Positions 1 to 11,079 are shown, counted from the first letter of the stretch. The stretch: 64,000 nucleotides of DNA from an uncultured Sulfolobales archaeon (GCA_938017505.1 CALIKV010000010.1:76720-140719), one strand, 5' to 3'. Notes: a model not told the origin generated them from the letters alone. Program-made: numbers and translations.

Positions 1-77
1 TAACGCCTCTCACCGGCTGGGACTTACATGACGGTGCTGCATATATTACCAACCCGTACCAGAAGACGATAACGTCG

Positions 78-1487
78 GTGAGGATGACGTGGACCGCTGT
101 CGTAGCTCATTCACCACCAGGAGAGTTTTCAGGTGACGTAAGTTACGTGGAGAGTGACGAGGCAATACCGGACGACGTTGAGGTTGCCTTAACGAGCAAC
201 AGAAGTCTTGACATGTATCTAAGGCTTGCCGAGAAAGGGGCTAGAGCTATCCTCGTATATAGGAGGGACGCAGTGCCTGAGGGCATCCCTTACGTAGGGC
301 TCTTCCCACCCCCCTCAGAGCTCCCTAAAATGAAGGTTCCAGCGTTAAGCGTGTCACGCAGAGAAGCTGACAGGATTAGATGGCACATTGCAAGGGGGGA
401 GAGGGTTAAGGTCGAGGGGTTTGTTAAATCAAGCTACAGCGACCCAAGAGACGTTAAGGTCTTGTCTGCTGAGTTCGGGGACGGCTCAAATGAAGTACAC
501 TTGACAGCACATTACTGTCACCCCAGGGGGATGGTCAACGACAACGTAAGTGGTGCCGCCACATTGCTATTCATGGCAAGGGTCCTCAACGAGTCTCTCA
601 AAAAGACTAGGTGTGGTTTAGGGGGGAGGAAGCTCAGGTTTGTATGGTTTCCTGAACACTACGGGTCTGTGGCTTTAATTAGGAAGATCCTCGGCGAGGG
701 TTTCGAGGTATCGGGGGTGTTGAACCTAGATATGATAGGTGAGAAGCAGTGGATGACTGGCTCTATACTGAACTTCATAAGACCTCCAATTGCGTTGCTG
801 AGCAATTTCGAGGCACATGCGTTCAGGAACTTCTACTCAGGAATAAATAGAGGGTGGGGGTTGCCAGTCCTAAACAGCGTTAAGCCCTCTATGAGATTCG
901 ACATCAGACCGTACGTGGCGGGCAGTGATCATGACTCGTACATAGTCTTTGGTATTCCTGCGATCTCACTAACTAACTGGCCTGATAGGTTTTACCATAC
1001 AAGCCTTGACACCATAGACAAACTCAGCCCTATCAACGCATTGAAGGTAGGCTTCATGGCGCTTAAGACCGCGTTAACTTACACCCCAGGCGATGAATCT
1101 ACGCTGAGGCGGTATTCAGGCTTTGTGCAGGGCCTTGACTGCTTTAGGGCTAAATCAAGTGCTTTAACCACGCTACGTGGAAGGGTCTACGCAAGGTTGA
1201 GTGGTTCCCTGAGGTGCTGGGATTTACCTCGGAGGTCCGGACTCCCGTCAAGCCAGTACCTACTAAGAAATGCTGAGGATGTTGATTTACACGCGAGGAT
1301 AAAGAAACTGCTCAGCAGAGCATCTTGGGTCTCAACAGCCCTCATTACAGCGACGTTGTACTCATTATGTGGGGTTAATTCTAAAGACCTGATGAGGGTT
1401 CTTACCGCGGAGTTAGGTTTTAAAATGAGAGAGGACGACTACCTACTTATAACTAAGTGCATGGAGATCCTAGGCATCTCTTCATGA
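78..1487 (+). CDS. M28-family metallopeptidase-like protein (aminopeptidase-like)
   Basis: 469-aa ORF. Blocks HYCHPRGMVNDNVSGAA, NLDMIGE and GSDHDSY resemble the metal-ligand regions of M28-type peptidases. The family call is from motif memory only. Confidence 0.5.
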   Translation: MRMTWTAVVAHSPPGEFSGDVSYVESDEAIPDDVEVALTSNRSLDMYLRLAEKGARAILVYRRDAVPEGIPYVGLFPPPSELPKMKVPALSVSRREADRIRWHIARGERVKVEGFVKSSYSDPRDVKVLSAEFGDGSNEVHLTAHYCHPRGMVNDNVSGAATLLFMARVLNESLKKTRCGLGGRKLRFVWFPEHYGSVALIRKILGEGFEVSGVLNLDMIGEKQWMTGSILNFIRPPIALLSNFEAHAFRNFYSGINRGWGLPVLNSVKPSMRFDIRPYVAGSDHDSYIVFGIPAISLTNWPDRFYHTSLDTIDKLSPINALKVGFMALKTALTYTPGDESTLRRYSGFVQGLDCFRAKSSALTTLRGRVYARLSGSLRCWDLPRRSGLPSSQYLLRNAEDVDLHARIKKLLSRASWVSTALITATLYSLCGVNSKDLMRVLTAELGFKMREDDYLLITKCMEILGISS

Positions 1488-1497
1488 GGTCCGCCTC

Positions 1498-2040
1498 ATG
1501 TTACTGGTCTACTACGGTAAAGGTAAGGGTAAGACGACGGCCGCTCTTGGAACCGCGTTACGGGCGTTAGGTAGGGGTTGGAGGATTCTTATAGTTCGTT
1601 TCATGAAGGGGAACACAAGTGGGGAGTTCGTATTTATTAGCGAGTTATCTCGATTATTCAAAAATCGAATCTCCCTCGTGAGTCTGGGGGGCGAGGCTTT
1701 CGTCAACCCAGATGACCTAGGCGATTACAATGCCTCGCTAAGTATGGCGCTAAGTTACGGGTTTCTCACACACGTTTATCCCTTGATGATGCGTGAGCTA
1801 CGGCCTAAGTTGGTGATCCTTGATGAACTGGGGTTAGCTGTTCACATCGGGTTGGTCGATGAAGGCCTAGCTCTTAAGATACTAAGAGGTTTTGCAGGCA
1901 ATCAAGAGAGGCACGCCATACTCACCGGTCGTTACACGCCAAAGAGTCTGAGGGAGCTTGCTGACTTAGTTACGGAGTTCAGGGAAGTCAAACATTACTT
2001 CAGGAAAGGCTGTGTGAACGTTGAAGGACTGGACGTGTGA
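1498..2040 (+). CDS. cobA: cob(I)yrinic acid a,c-diamide (cobalamin) adenosyltransferase, CobA/BtuR type
   Basis: 180 aa. The N-terminal P-loop-like YYGKGKGKTTAALGTALRALGRGWRILIVRFMKG is typical of CobA/CobO/BtuR. Confidence 0.75.
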   Translation: MLLVYYGKGKGKTTAALGTALRALGRGWRILIVRFMKGNTSGEFVFISELSRLFKNRISLVSLGGEAFVNPDDLGDYNASLSMALSYGFLTHVYPLMMRELRPKLVILDELGLAVHIGLVDEGLALKILRGFAGNQERHAILTGRYTPKSLRELADLVTEFREVKHYFRKGCVNVEGLDV

Positions 2041-2150
2041 CCGTCACGTGGAGCGTTCAAGCCATCCTGCTAAGTTCTTAGGGGCGGTTAAATTCACGCG
2101 TTCCACGAAGGCTTTTACTTTAAATTCCTCACGACATTGAAGCCTCTGGT

Positions 2151-4241
2151 CTAAGGGATGAAGAACTCATACATATTGTACGTCACTATGTAATAGGCGA
2201 AGACTAGCGAGACTATACTCATTAGCTTTATTAATATGTTTATTGAGGGCCCCGCTGCGTCCTTCATAGGATCGCCCACAGTATCTCCTATTACCGTCGC
2301 TTTATGGGCTTCACTACCTTTACCGCCGTGGTGCCCTCCCTCTATGTATTTCTTCGCGTTATCCCACGTGTTCCCGACGTTGCCTTGAAAGAGTCCTAGT
2401 AGTAATCCAGAGATAGTTGCAGCGAGCAACATACCGGCTAACCCGTGAGGCCCTAGAGTAAAACCGACTATAAGCGGTGTTGCAATCGCTATCAACCCGG
2501 GTAGGATGAGCCTCTTTATCGCGTAAGTCGTTACTATGGCTACGGCTCTCCCGTAATCAGGTCTCTCCCTGAATTCAAGTATCCCAGGTCTCTCCCTGAA
2601 CTGCCTCCTTATCTCCTCGATAAGGACGAAGGCCGCGTCGCTTACGGCTAGGACCACCACAGCGGTGAACACCGCCGGCATCACCACACCGATGAACATG
2701 CCTGAGACAAGCTTGGCATCCAGCACTGTTAGATTCTGGAACAACTTAGTCAGCTCTACACCGGTGTAGTGCTGAAGTATAGAGGCGTAAGCCCCTATGA
2801 AAGCTAGGGCCGTCAAGGCCGCAGACCCTATTGCAAACCCCTTGCTAACGGATTTCATAGTGTTACCGGCTGCGTCGAGCTTATCAGTTACCGTGCGCAC
2901 TTCATCGCCTAAGCCTGCCTGCTCGGCTATGCCGGCTGCGTTGTCAGTTATAGGCCCGTAAGCGTCAGCGCTGACGACGACTCCCGTTAGCGATAACATG
3001 CCAACAGCTGATAGGGCAACCCCGTAGATACCGAGCCAGAACTCCCGTGTGGGTAACCACAGCACGAGGAAGGACAGTAGTGACGCTATAGAGATCATGA
3101 GCGCTGGGATGAAAGCGCTTAGAAGCCCGTAAGCGAAGCCCGTGAGTATCGTTAGCGCCGGTCCTGCCTCGGACATCTTAGCGACTCTCCTGACCGGAGA
3201 GTACCTCGCGTTAGTGAAATAATCGCTTGTTAGACCTATCGCAACGCCTGCTATTAACCCCGCGATGACGACTGTCCAAACCCTAAACCCCAGCTCTCCG
3301 CCGATCAGTTGCGTTACCGTGAACACCGACATGACTGCTATGAGGATTGAGGCGGTTATTGTGGCTAACGTCAACGGTCTTGAGGGGTCGCCGCCCTCCC
3401 TAGTACGTACAACAAACGAGGATAGTATAGAAGCTATCACCCCGGCCGCAGCGACCAGCATGGGAATCAAAGCGAAGCTAACCCAGGAGTAAGTGCCGAG
3501 TCCCCTTAATTGAGTGGAGGCGATAACCATGGTAGAGATTATCGCACCTACGTAAGACTCGAAGAGATCGGCCCCCATCCCAGCCACATCGCCGACGTTA
3601 TCGCCGACGTTATCAGCTATGACGCCCGGGTTTCTGGGGTCGTCCTCAGGTATCCCGACCTCGACTTTACCGACCAAGTCAGATCCTATGTCAGCTGCCT
3701 TAGTGTAAATACCACCGCCGACTCTCGCGAAGAGAGCGACTGAAGAAGCGCCGAAACTGTATCCTATTATATCGTTTATGGCCTCGACGCTTTCACCGTA
3801 TACCACGTATTGAAGAGCTACTAATAACAACCCCACGCCAACGGTCATTAAGCCCATTACAAGACCTCCGTTAAACGCTAGTCTGAGTGCCTTATTGAGA
3901 CCCTTCTCCGCGGCCACGTTGGTTGTTCGTACGTTTGCGTTCACGGCTATTCTCATACCTACGTAGCCGGCGATTATCGAGGAAAGAGCTCCTAAAACGT
4001 AACTCAGGGACATCCTAAGGGTTCCGAATACCGCTAGGAGAATCGCCAGCACCACCGCTATGCTGAATATCACCGTGTATTGCTTCTTAAGGTACGCCCT
4101 AGCTCCCTCCTTAATAAACTCGTGGATCTCGATCATTCTGCCAGACCCTTTAGGTTCCTTAAGCACCCTGTAAGAAGTTATCAACGCGTAAACTATGGCG
4201 ATTAACGCAACCGCTAAAATGAAACCCTCTACATACCCCAT
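2151..4241 (-). CDS. hppA: membrane-bound H+(Na+)-translocating pyrophosphatase
   Basis: 696-aa polytopic membrane protein with hallmark motifs GDNVGDVAGMGADLFESY, IADNVGDNVGD and IGDTVGDPMKD. Confidence 0.95.
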   Translation of the reverse strand: MGYVEGFILAVALIAIVYALITSYRVLKEPKGSGRMIEIHEFIKEGARAYLKKQYTVIFSIAVVLAILLAVFGTLRMSLSYVLGALSSIIAGYVGMRIAVNANVRTTNVAAEKGLNKALRLAFNGGLVMGLMTVGVGLLLVALQYVVYGESVEAINDIIGYSFGASSVALFARVGGGIYTKAADIGSDLVGKVEVGIPEDDPRNPGVIADNVGDNVGDVAGMGADLFESYVGAIISTMVIASTQLRGLGTYSWVSFALIPMLVAAAGVIASILSSFVVRTREGGDPSRPLTLATITASILIAVMSVFTVTQLIGGELGFRVWTVVIAGLIAGVAIGLTSDYFTNARYSPVRRVAKMSEAGPALTILTGFAYGLLSAFIPALMISIASLLSFLVLWLPTREFWLGIYGVALSAVGMLSLTGVVVSADAYGPITDNAAGIAEQAGLGDEVRTVTDKLDAAGNTMKSVSKGFAIGSAALTALAFIGAYASILQHYTGVELTKLFQNLTVLDAKLVSGMFIGVVMPAVFTAVVVLAVSDAAFVLIEEIRRQFRERPGILEFRERPDYGRAVAIVTTYAIKRLILPGLIAIATPLIVGFTLGPHGLAGMLLAATISGLLLGLFQGNVGNTWDNAKKYIEGGHHGGKGSEAHKATVIGDTVGDPMKDAAGPSINILIKLMSIVSLVFAYYIVTYNMYEFFIP

Positions 4242-4356
4242 ACATTACCCCTGTAGTGTTCGAGGAGGAAGACTTAAAAAAGCTTTGTTCAGGTTTATAA
4301 GTGGGTCTGTGTTACTCAGATAGTGACTGTGAAGTCGTAGAGGTGAAGTTGAGGAT

Positions 4357-5358
4357 TTGACGAGTCAGAGCACGTCGATATACACTAGAGCAGGGCTTGA
4401 CGAAGTCCTAGCTACAGCAATACTTTCAAATGTCCTGACCACCAAGGGGGCCAGGGTCTTTATAGAGTTCGTGCCTCAGCCATTGAGAAACCCCATAAAA
4501 ATAATCAAGAGCTATGCTGTCGGACTAACGCCTTCTCAAGTCGTAAGTCTAACCAATACGATAGGGTTTCATGTAGTCCCTGAGAAGAAACTTAGCGTAG
4601 TGACTAAGTACGATGAATCAGGTAGGGGGGAGGTTCTTATGAGTCTCTCAGAGACGAGCACACTAACCCAGACAGTCCTAGAGTACGTTGAGACGCTAAA
4701 CACTGTAGTAGAGATCCCTGATCAACTGCTTAAGGACGTCGTCTTTTACGTAACCGGGCGAGTGAGTGAAATGAGTAAGGTTGGTAAGGCGCTGACCAAA
4801 GCCGTTAAGATGAACTACAACTCAACCGACTTCTCAAACACCCTCTACATCTACTTCACAAACGTGATACGCACGAAGCTGTACAAGTTGAGCGCTGAAA
4901 TAGAGAGAGAAGCCGCCAAGCACGATGAGGCATTGAAGCTCATTGACGAATTGCTGAGGAGCGAGAACCTGATTCCCTACGGACCCTTAAGAGTTGCAGT
5001 AATATCACGCAGCTTTGATAAGCAGCTCATTAAGAATAATTACTGGTTGTTGAAGCCCCTGACTTACGACCTGTTGACCAGATTATGTAGGGAGGACGGC
5101 GTTGGGATGGTGGTCCTAGAGACGGAGTTAGGACACACGTTGAGGATATGCCTCGGGATCAAGGACATCAGCTTCGTCAACGTAATATCGTCCTTGCCTA
5201 GGGAGCTCTCCAGCGAGCTTAACGTAATGCTGAAGGGTAATCACGTGATGATTAAGTTCAAGGATCCTTCGAGGAGCTCCTTAGACGCTGTCTTGAACGT
5301 AGTTGACGTGATTGCCTCGAACATAGCACCCTTATTAATCAGGTCCTCGAGAACTTGA
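4357..5358 (+). CDS. hypothetical protein; possibly a catalytically inactive DHH/RecJ-like fold
   Basis: 333-aa ORF with coding-like composition. The N-terminus IYTRAGLDEVLATAILSNVL aligns by eye to DHH motif I/II, but the His/Asp ligands are replaced. No DHH or GGGH motif is present. Confidence 0.45.
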   Translation: MTSQSTSIYTRAGLDEVLATAILSNVLTTKGARVFIEFVPQPLRNPIKIIKSYAVGLTPSQVVSLTNTIGFHVVPEKKLSVVTKYDESGRGEVLMSLSETSTLTQTVLEYVETLNTVVEIPDQLLKDVVFYVTGRVSEMSKVGKALTKAVKMNYNSTDFSNTLYIYFTNVIRTKLYKLSAEIEREAAKHDEALKLIDELLRSENLIPYGPLRVAVISRSFDKQLIKNNYWLLKPLTYDLLTRLCREDGVGMVVLETELGHTLRICLGIKDISFVNVISSLPRELSSELNVMLKGNHVMIKFKDPSRSSLDAVLNVVDVIASNIAPLLIRSSRT

Positions 5359-5364
5359 TAGGAT

Positions 5365-6351
5365 GTGTTGATGAAGGCCATAGTCACTGGCGGGGCTGGC
5401 TTCATAGGCTCTCACGTAGTTGAAAGCCTGGTGAATGAAGGCTATGAAGTATTAGTCGTGGATAATCTAAGCTCAGGTAGGTTGGGGAACATCAAGCCCG
5501 CGTTGGAGAGCGGTAAAGCTAAGCTCTTAGTTAAGGATTTAAAAGTGTTTGATGAGGGGTTTAAATCCGTTTTCAGAGATGTTGATGTTGTTTACCATTT
5601 CGCGGCAAACCCTGAAGTCAGGATATCTACGACCGAACCACGAATACATTTCGAGGAGAACGTCGTAGTCACTTTCAACGTGCTTGAGGGTTGTAGGATC
5701 GGGGATGTGAAGGAGTTGGTCTTCGCCAGCTCATCAACCGTTTACGGTGATGCAGACGTTCTTCCAACACCAGAGGATCACCCAACGAAACCTATATCTA
5801 TTTATGGAGTCTCTAAGCTCATGTCGGAGAACCTGGTGGCGACCTACAGTACCGTATACGGTGTTAGGTCGTTGATCTTAAGGTTCGCGAATATAGTGGG
5901 TCCTAGGCAGACTCACGGGGTTGTGATAGATTTCATTGAGAAGCTGAAGAGCAACTCAGAGAGACTTGAGATCCTGGGCGACGGAACCCAGAGGAAATCC
6001 TACCTACACGTTAAAGATCTCATCACCGGAATGGATAAGGCCCTTAGACATATTAGAAACGCAGGAAGGTATTACGAGGTTTACAACATAGGTAATGTTG
6101 ACTGGGTGTCAGTCAAGGAGATAGCCGATTTAGTGGTTGAGGAGATGAGATTAGATAAAGTAACTTACGTATACACACCAGCAACCCCTGATGGCAGGGG
6201 TTGGGTAGGGGATGTCAAGTTCATGTTGCTTGACGTTAGGAAGTTGATGAGCTTAGGATGGCATCCCACCTTAACGTCTAGGGAGGCGTTAAGAGAGGCT
6301 ATAAGGTGGTTGCTAGGAGGAACTCTTAATATACACGCGGATGCGCTGTGA
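5365..6351 (+). CDS. NAD-dependent nucleoside-diphosphate-sugar epimerase/dehydratase (UDP-glucose 4-epimerase-like)
   Basis: TGGAGFIGSH Rossmann motif and a YGVSK catalytic YxxxK. Length (328 aa) is typical of extended SDR epimerases. Confidence 0.85.
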   Translation: MLMKAIVTGGAGFIGSHVVESLVNEGYEVLVVDNLSSGRLGNIKPALESGKAKLLVKDLKVFDEGFKSVFRDVDVVYHFAANPEVRISTTEPRIHFEENVVVTFNVLEGCRIGDVKELVFASSSTVYGDADVLPTPEDHPTKPISIYGVSKLMSENLVATYSTVYGVRSLILRFANIVGPRQTHGVVIDFIEKLKSNSERLEILGDGTQRKSYLHVKDLITGMDKALRHIRNAGRYYEVYNIGNVDWVSVKEIADLVVEEMRLDKVTYVYTPATPDGRGWVGDVKFMLLDVRKLMSLGWHPTLTSREALREAIRWLLGGTLNIHADAL

Positions 6352-6379
6352 ACGTTGAGGTAAACTTAGGAAGCCTTGT

Positions 6380-8602
6380 TTAGTAGGGGGATATAAAGTC
6401 CTCAGGTCTCGGCGGCTCTGGCTTCAGTCCCTTTCTCTGTCTTATACGAGCGATTATGTCAGGTAGTAAGGACTCAGGAACTGGTGCCCACCTGCTGAAT
6501 TCAGTGCCCCAGAAAGCTCTGCCGGCAGTAGCTGATCTCAGGTCATTGGCTAGATCCAGAGACTCCGCCACCGGTATTTCAGCTATAACTCTTGCTACGT
6601 TGCCACTGGAGGTTATCATGTCTAGGACCCTACCTCTCTTCTTAGCGATGACCGAGACCGCCGAGCTCATTAAATCCACGGGGACTCTAACATCCATCTT
6701 TTGTATCGGTTCTAGCAGGGTCGGCTTAGATAGCAACATGCCGGCGTAGATGGGGTTTCTGACGGCTGGGAATATCTGGGCTGGTCCTCTGTGCGCTGGA
6801 TCCTCGTGAACAACAGCGTCGTGAAGAACCACTTTCACACCTCTCACCTTCTCCATAGCAATTGGACCTTCATTCATGGCTAGTCTGAAACCCTGTATCA
6901 CGGTGTCTTTGATCTCCCTTAAGTATTGGATACCGGTAGTCATGTCAACGAAGACGTTGATCCCCTCGTCAATCGCCCATATTCTCTTACCCTCATCGTA
7001 ATCCCATCCAGCCTGATCCCTTAGAACCCTTGCCATCTCTCTTGAATCCATATTCTCAGTTATCGCTCCTTGCTGAATGAGTGAAACGGTCTCGTCGTTA
7101 AGAGGCTCGACACTTATGTAGAACTTGTTGTGCTTGTTCGGTGACTTGCCCTCGAGGACCTGGGACGGGGCCCTTATAGCCTCTCTGTACACTATCACGG
7201 GCGGTGTTGTGTCAACTTCCACTCCGTAATTCTCTTTAAGTAACGTTAAAGTGATCTCCAAGTGTAGGGGTCCCATACCAGCCAAAAGATATTCACCTGT
7301 CTCTTCATTTATCTTGACTATTAGATTTGGATCCTCTATAGCCATCTTCCTCAGGGAGTCTATGAGTTTCGTTAGATCCTGAGTCTTCTTAGGCTCCACC
7401 GCCATAGTCACAACAGGTTCGGTCACGTACCTAAGTCTTTCGAAGGGTGCCGCCACTTCTTTGAACCTCAAATCAACCGCGGTCTCACCGGCTCTAGCTC
7501 TATCCAGTCCTAGCACAGCGCCTATATTACCTGCTGAGACGAATTCTACCTGCTCTCTGAACGGGCCCATGTAGAGCGAGACTTGAAGCACTTTCTGTGG
7601 CGTTCTTGAATTAACCAACCAGACCTCTTCACCAGACCTTAGAGTACCGGACATAACCCTTCCAGTAGCCACAAAGCCTGCATGGGGATCCAGCCTCATG
7701 TCGTTTATCATAAAGACTATGGGTCCCTTTGCGTTGACTTCTATCATGGCTCTGCCTAGCTCCGTATTTATATCGCCCTTCCATATCTTCGGTATCCTGT
7801 ACCTCTGCGCCTCCATGGGATTAGGCACGTTAGCGATCACCGATTCTAGGAGGGTCTCATGCAACGGCGCTATCTTCTGGAACTCCTCCACTGCCTCCCT
7901 ACCATCCTCGTAAGCCTTAATCAAGTCCATCACGTTAACGCCCTTCTTCTGAGCGTGGGGGACTGTTAACCCTATCTTGTCCTTCGCAGACCCGAAAATC
8001 ACCTGACCCTTCGAAACGTCCAGAACCCACTTCTCCCTGAATTCGGGATCAGCATTCTCCATTATAAGTCTGTTGACCTCCTTTATAATGTCCACGAACC
8101 TCTTCTGTATCTCCTGGGGTGATAGCTTCAGCTCTTTTATGAGCCTGTCTATTTTATTTATGAAGAGAAGCGGTCTCACCCTCTCCTCAAGGGATTGTCT
8201 GAGTACGGTCTCCGTTTGCGTCATCACCCCTTCTACAGCGTCGACGACCACTATCGCACCGTCAAGAACGCGTAGGGATCTCGTGACCTTGCCCGAGAAA
8301 TCAACGTGACCGGGTGTGTCAATGAGGTTTACGACGTAGCTCCTACCCCCCAACTCGTGATATAGGCTTATATTCGCTGCTTTAACGGTAACGCCTCTTT
8401 TCTGCTCGACGTCGAGGTAGTCAAGAGCTAGTGCCTCTCCAGCCATTTTAGCAGATATTATACCTGCAGCTGCTAGCAGGACATCGGATGTTGTTGTTTT
8501 ACCGTGATCTACATGAGCTATTATGCCTATGTTCCTCACATGCTCTAAATTACTCATTATCCTCTGTATCTGATCCACCGTCTTGTACCTAGGCATGCTC
8601 AC
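6380..8602 (-). CDS. fusA: translation elongation factor 2 (aEF-2)
   Basis: 740 aa. GTPase motifs [17 protein letters not shown] and NKIDR, plus a diphthamide-region C-terminus ([11 protein letters not shown]). Confidence 0.97.
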   Translation of the reverse strand: MSMPRYKTVDQIQRIMSNLEHVRNIGIIAHVDHGKTTTSDVLLAAAGIISAKMAGEALALDYLDVEQKRGVTVKAANISLYHELGGRSYVVNLIDTPGHVDFSGKVTRSLRVLDGAIVVVDAVEGVMTQTETVLRQSLEERVRPLLFINKIDRLIKELKLSPQEIQKRFVDIIKEVNRLIMENADPEFREKWVLDVSKGQVIFGSAKDKIGLTVPHAQKKGVNVMDLIKAYEDGREAVEEFQKIAPLHETLLESVIANVPNPMEAQRYRIPKIWKGDINTELGRAMIEVNAKGPIVFMINDMRLDPHAGFVATGRVMSGTLRSGEEVWLVNSRTPQKVLQVSLYMGPFREQVEFVSAGNIGAVLGLDRARAGETAVDLRFKEVAAPFERLRYVTEPVVTMAVEPKKTQDLTKLIDSLRKMAIEDPNLIVKINEETGEYLLAGMGPLHLEITLTLLKENYGVEVDTTPPVIVYREAIRAPSQVLEGKSPNKHNKFYISVEPLNDETVSLIQQGAITENMDSREMARVLRDQAGWDYDEGKRIWAIDEGINVFVDMTTGIQYLREIKDTVIQGFRLAMNEGPIAMEKVRGVKVVLHDAVVHEDPAHRGPAQIFPAVRNPIYAGMLLSKPTLLEPIQKMDVRVPVDLMSSAVSVIAKKRGRVLDMITSSGNVARVIAEIPVAESLDLANDLRSATAGRAFWGTEFSRWAPVPESLLPDIIARIRQRKGLKPEPPRPEDFISPY

Positions 8603-9056
8603 TACCTACAGAACTAATTTTAAGGAAGTTATAAGCTTAACTTAGTGCTTGGTATCACGTCTTTGTTACTCGCCCCTCGTAGTACGGCACGTATCGCTTT
8701 CCCTCATAACGCACCCACATTTCCAGATAACTTAACTTATACGAGGCTCTATCAACGGTTTTATACAACGTTTCTTTAGGGTTCTTGAGCTATGTAGTCT
8801 TGTAGTCCTTGCTTTCTTCATTCGTAGAGGGTTTTAGGAGCGAACCCGCTCCCCGCGTCCGAGGGCTCTCCACCCTCATAGGAAGCCGTTATTGTCACGT
8901 ACTCCAGGCGACTTGGAACTGGTTGAATGGGGGTCAGCTCCTCATTGTCATCCATCGTTGTAGACTAGTTAACGCAGGGGAAATGATGGATCTTTTACCA
9001 TATGTAGTCTGTCGATACAGTCTTTGAACCCGACTGCAAGAGATGGTGGTTATTCC

Positions 9057-9788
9057 TCACTGGTCCGGCTTATCCCCCTTCCTAAGGAACCTCTCGAGGG
9101 TAGTGCTTGAAGGGCCTGAGGAGCCTTCATCAACTACTCTCTTAAACAACTTAACCCTATCCTCGGTCATCCCCTCCACTCTCAGTAGTTCTGTAGCGTG
9201 AGCGTTTATGACCGCCTTTAAGCTGCCGAACTTGTGCAGAAGCCTCTCGGCTAAGGTAGGCCCTACCTTAGGGAAGGACGAGAGAATGTAGACCTGCCAC
9301 GACCTCACGTCCTCCGTCTTAGGTTTCTTACTCTTTCTGTAGGTGGGTAGCAACATAGCTTTTTTCTTACTTGCGCTCTCTTTCCTCGCTCTCTGAATTC
9401 TTTCAGCCACGTATCTCAAAAGCTCAGCCGTATGCTTGGAATCTCTCGTATAGAGGACTGGTATATTGAAGGATAGGACAGCGGATATGAGCGCTGCTTC
9501 AATGGGCCTAGGATTCTCAACATATCTACCCAGGTTAAACACATCACCCTCTACTATGAGGACGGGTTTGCCCTTCTCAAGACTCTTCAGCCTCTTCAAC
9601 TGATCGAAAAACCTGCCCTCATAAACGGACCTGACTAAATCATCGATTCTTTTTCGTTCTATGAATACGTCGTCAATCGCGTAATCGCCAACATCAAGAA
9701 CTTTAAAAACTAGGGAGACCCCCATGCTTGATAAGTTAAGTGGTACGTCCGAAGACTTCTCACGCTCGTCCACGTAGATCTTAACCAT
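9057..9788 (-). CDS. xpf: XPF/ERCC4-family structure-specific nuclease, short (nuclease + HhH2) archaeal form
   Basis: ERCC4 nuclease block VDEREK...GDYAI...ERKRIDDL. The C-terminal (HhH)2-like region is FPKVGPTLAERLLHKFGSL. There is no helicase domain, as in crenarchaeal XPF. Confidence 0.85.
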   Translation of the reverse strand: MVKIYVDEREKSSDVPLNLSSMGVSLVFKVLDVGDYAIDDVFIERKRIDDLVRSVYEGRFFDQLKRLKSLEKGKPVLIVEGDVFNLGRYVENPRPIEAALISAVLSFNIPVLYTRDSKHTAELLRYVAERIQRARKESASKKKAMLLPTYRKSKKPKTEDVRSWQVYILSSFPKVGPTLAERLLHKFGSLKAVINAHATELLRVEGMTEDRVKLFKRVVDEGSSGPSSTTLERFLRKGDKPDQ

Positions 9789-9987
9789 TGACGACCCCTC
9801 CGCTCAGAGTTAACGTGTACCCGTCCTCGAGATTCAGGCGGTAAGTCCGTCGGGAAGGCTCATGCACGGGAACGCCTCGAGAAACGGTCAAGTTATCTGA
9901 GCATAGAGCCATGCGTTCTATGAATCACCACCAACGTACTTTCGATTCAAGCGTTTAAAATCGCGCTCAGCCCTAGAGACACGGTCT

Positions 9988-11079
9988 TCATTCATCAATG
10001 CTTCTCACCCACCTACCCTCCTCCAAGACATCTAGCCTTAAGCCGCGCTCCATGAAGTACTCTCTTAAAGATTTCATCAGCTCCTCAGCACGGATTTCGG
10101 AGGGTATCGTAACACCAGCCGCACCCTTATGTCCCCCGCCAGACCCTCCGAAGTGCCTCGCTAAGTAGGTGGTGAGATCCGAAGCCAGCGGAACCTTAAG
10201 CGCGTTTAACACCCTCTGCGAGGCTCTTACATAGACCCTGGTCTCACCAGATCTTCTGGAGAGGGCCAGAGCAACATCAGCCCCTGAATTGATTAACGAC
10301 TTCATCACAGAGGCTTCGTAGGCCCCCACGCAAGTTATGGCTAATAGGAATTCCTTGTTCAGCTCATAGAGTCCTGCCCGCGAAATGCCTTTGAGAACTG
10401 CAATCACCTCGCTCCTAGAAGTCTCGGTGCTTGACAGTATTGAGTGGGCTTGCTCGTAGCACTCGACACATAGATTAGTGAGGTAGTGAAGTGCTTTAAA
10501 CGTGGTAGGCTTAGCTAATCTCAAGTTCTTCGTGTCGTATAGAATTCCGGAGATCATAAGCGTTACTAACTCATCGTAGGGCTTTACGTTCAGGACTTCC
10601 ATCATCAAAGCGATGATCTCGCTGGTTGAAGCAACCTCCTTGGCGTGAATAGTTATCAACGCGTCGTCGACTAATTCGTTGGTTTCATGATGATCTACGA
10701 CCACATACCTAAGCCCGCTACCTAGTCTGAAACCCGGCACCTGATAGCTGCTTGAAACGTCGACAAATATATGGAGGTCGCATCGCGTAGTTGAGGGGGC
10801 TCCATATGACTCAAGATCTAGCTTCAGGCCCTTAACGACTCTCTTCGCAACTCTGTTAACACCTTCAGGAAGCGCCACATACGCCCGGGTCTCGTGGTGT
10901 TTGGTTTCGATCAGGTATTTAAGAGCTACAGATGACGCAATCCCATCAGGATCCGCGTCCCTGTGAGTTAAAATACAGATTGAGGGATGGGTTCGTATAA
11001 TATTCAGTAGTTCATAAGTTAGGTTCCTGAGCTCCTCCATACCTCCTAAGTAGTTCATCTCTAAGCGACTCCAAAGCAT
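9988..11079 (-). CDS. DHH-family phosphoesterase (NrnA/RecJ-like) with DHHA1 domain
   Basis: Intact motifs HRDADPDGIAS, VVDHHE and GGGHKGAAG. The true start is probably the internal Met at about 11040 (MEELRNL), which would shorten the overlap with the upstream gene. Confidence 0.85.
   Translation of the reverse strand: MLWSRLEMNYLGGMEELRNLTYELLNIIRTHPSICILTHRDADPDGIASSVALKYLIETKHHETRAYVALPEGVNRVAKRVVKGLKLDLESYGAPSTTRCDLHIFVDVSSSYQVPGFRLGSGLRYVVVDHHETNELVDDALITIHAKEVASTSEIIALMMEVLNVKPYDELVTLMISGILYDTKNLRLAKPTTFKALHYLTNLCVECYEQAHSILSSTETSRSEVIAVLKGISRAGLYELNKEFLLAITCVGAYEASVMKSLINSGADVALALSRRSGETRVYVRASQRVLNALKVPLASDLTTYLARHFGGSGGGHKGAAGVTIPSEIRAEELMKSLREYFMERGLRLDVLEEGRWVRSIDE

Noticed and set aside
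8809-9027. A 72-codon plus-strand ORF in the EF-2/XPF spacer.
   Set aside because: It has a TTG start and an odd composition (Cys, Trp and Arg rich), with no motif. The spacer is flagged as a finding instead of calling this ORF.
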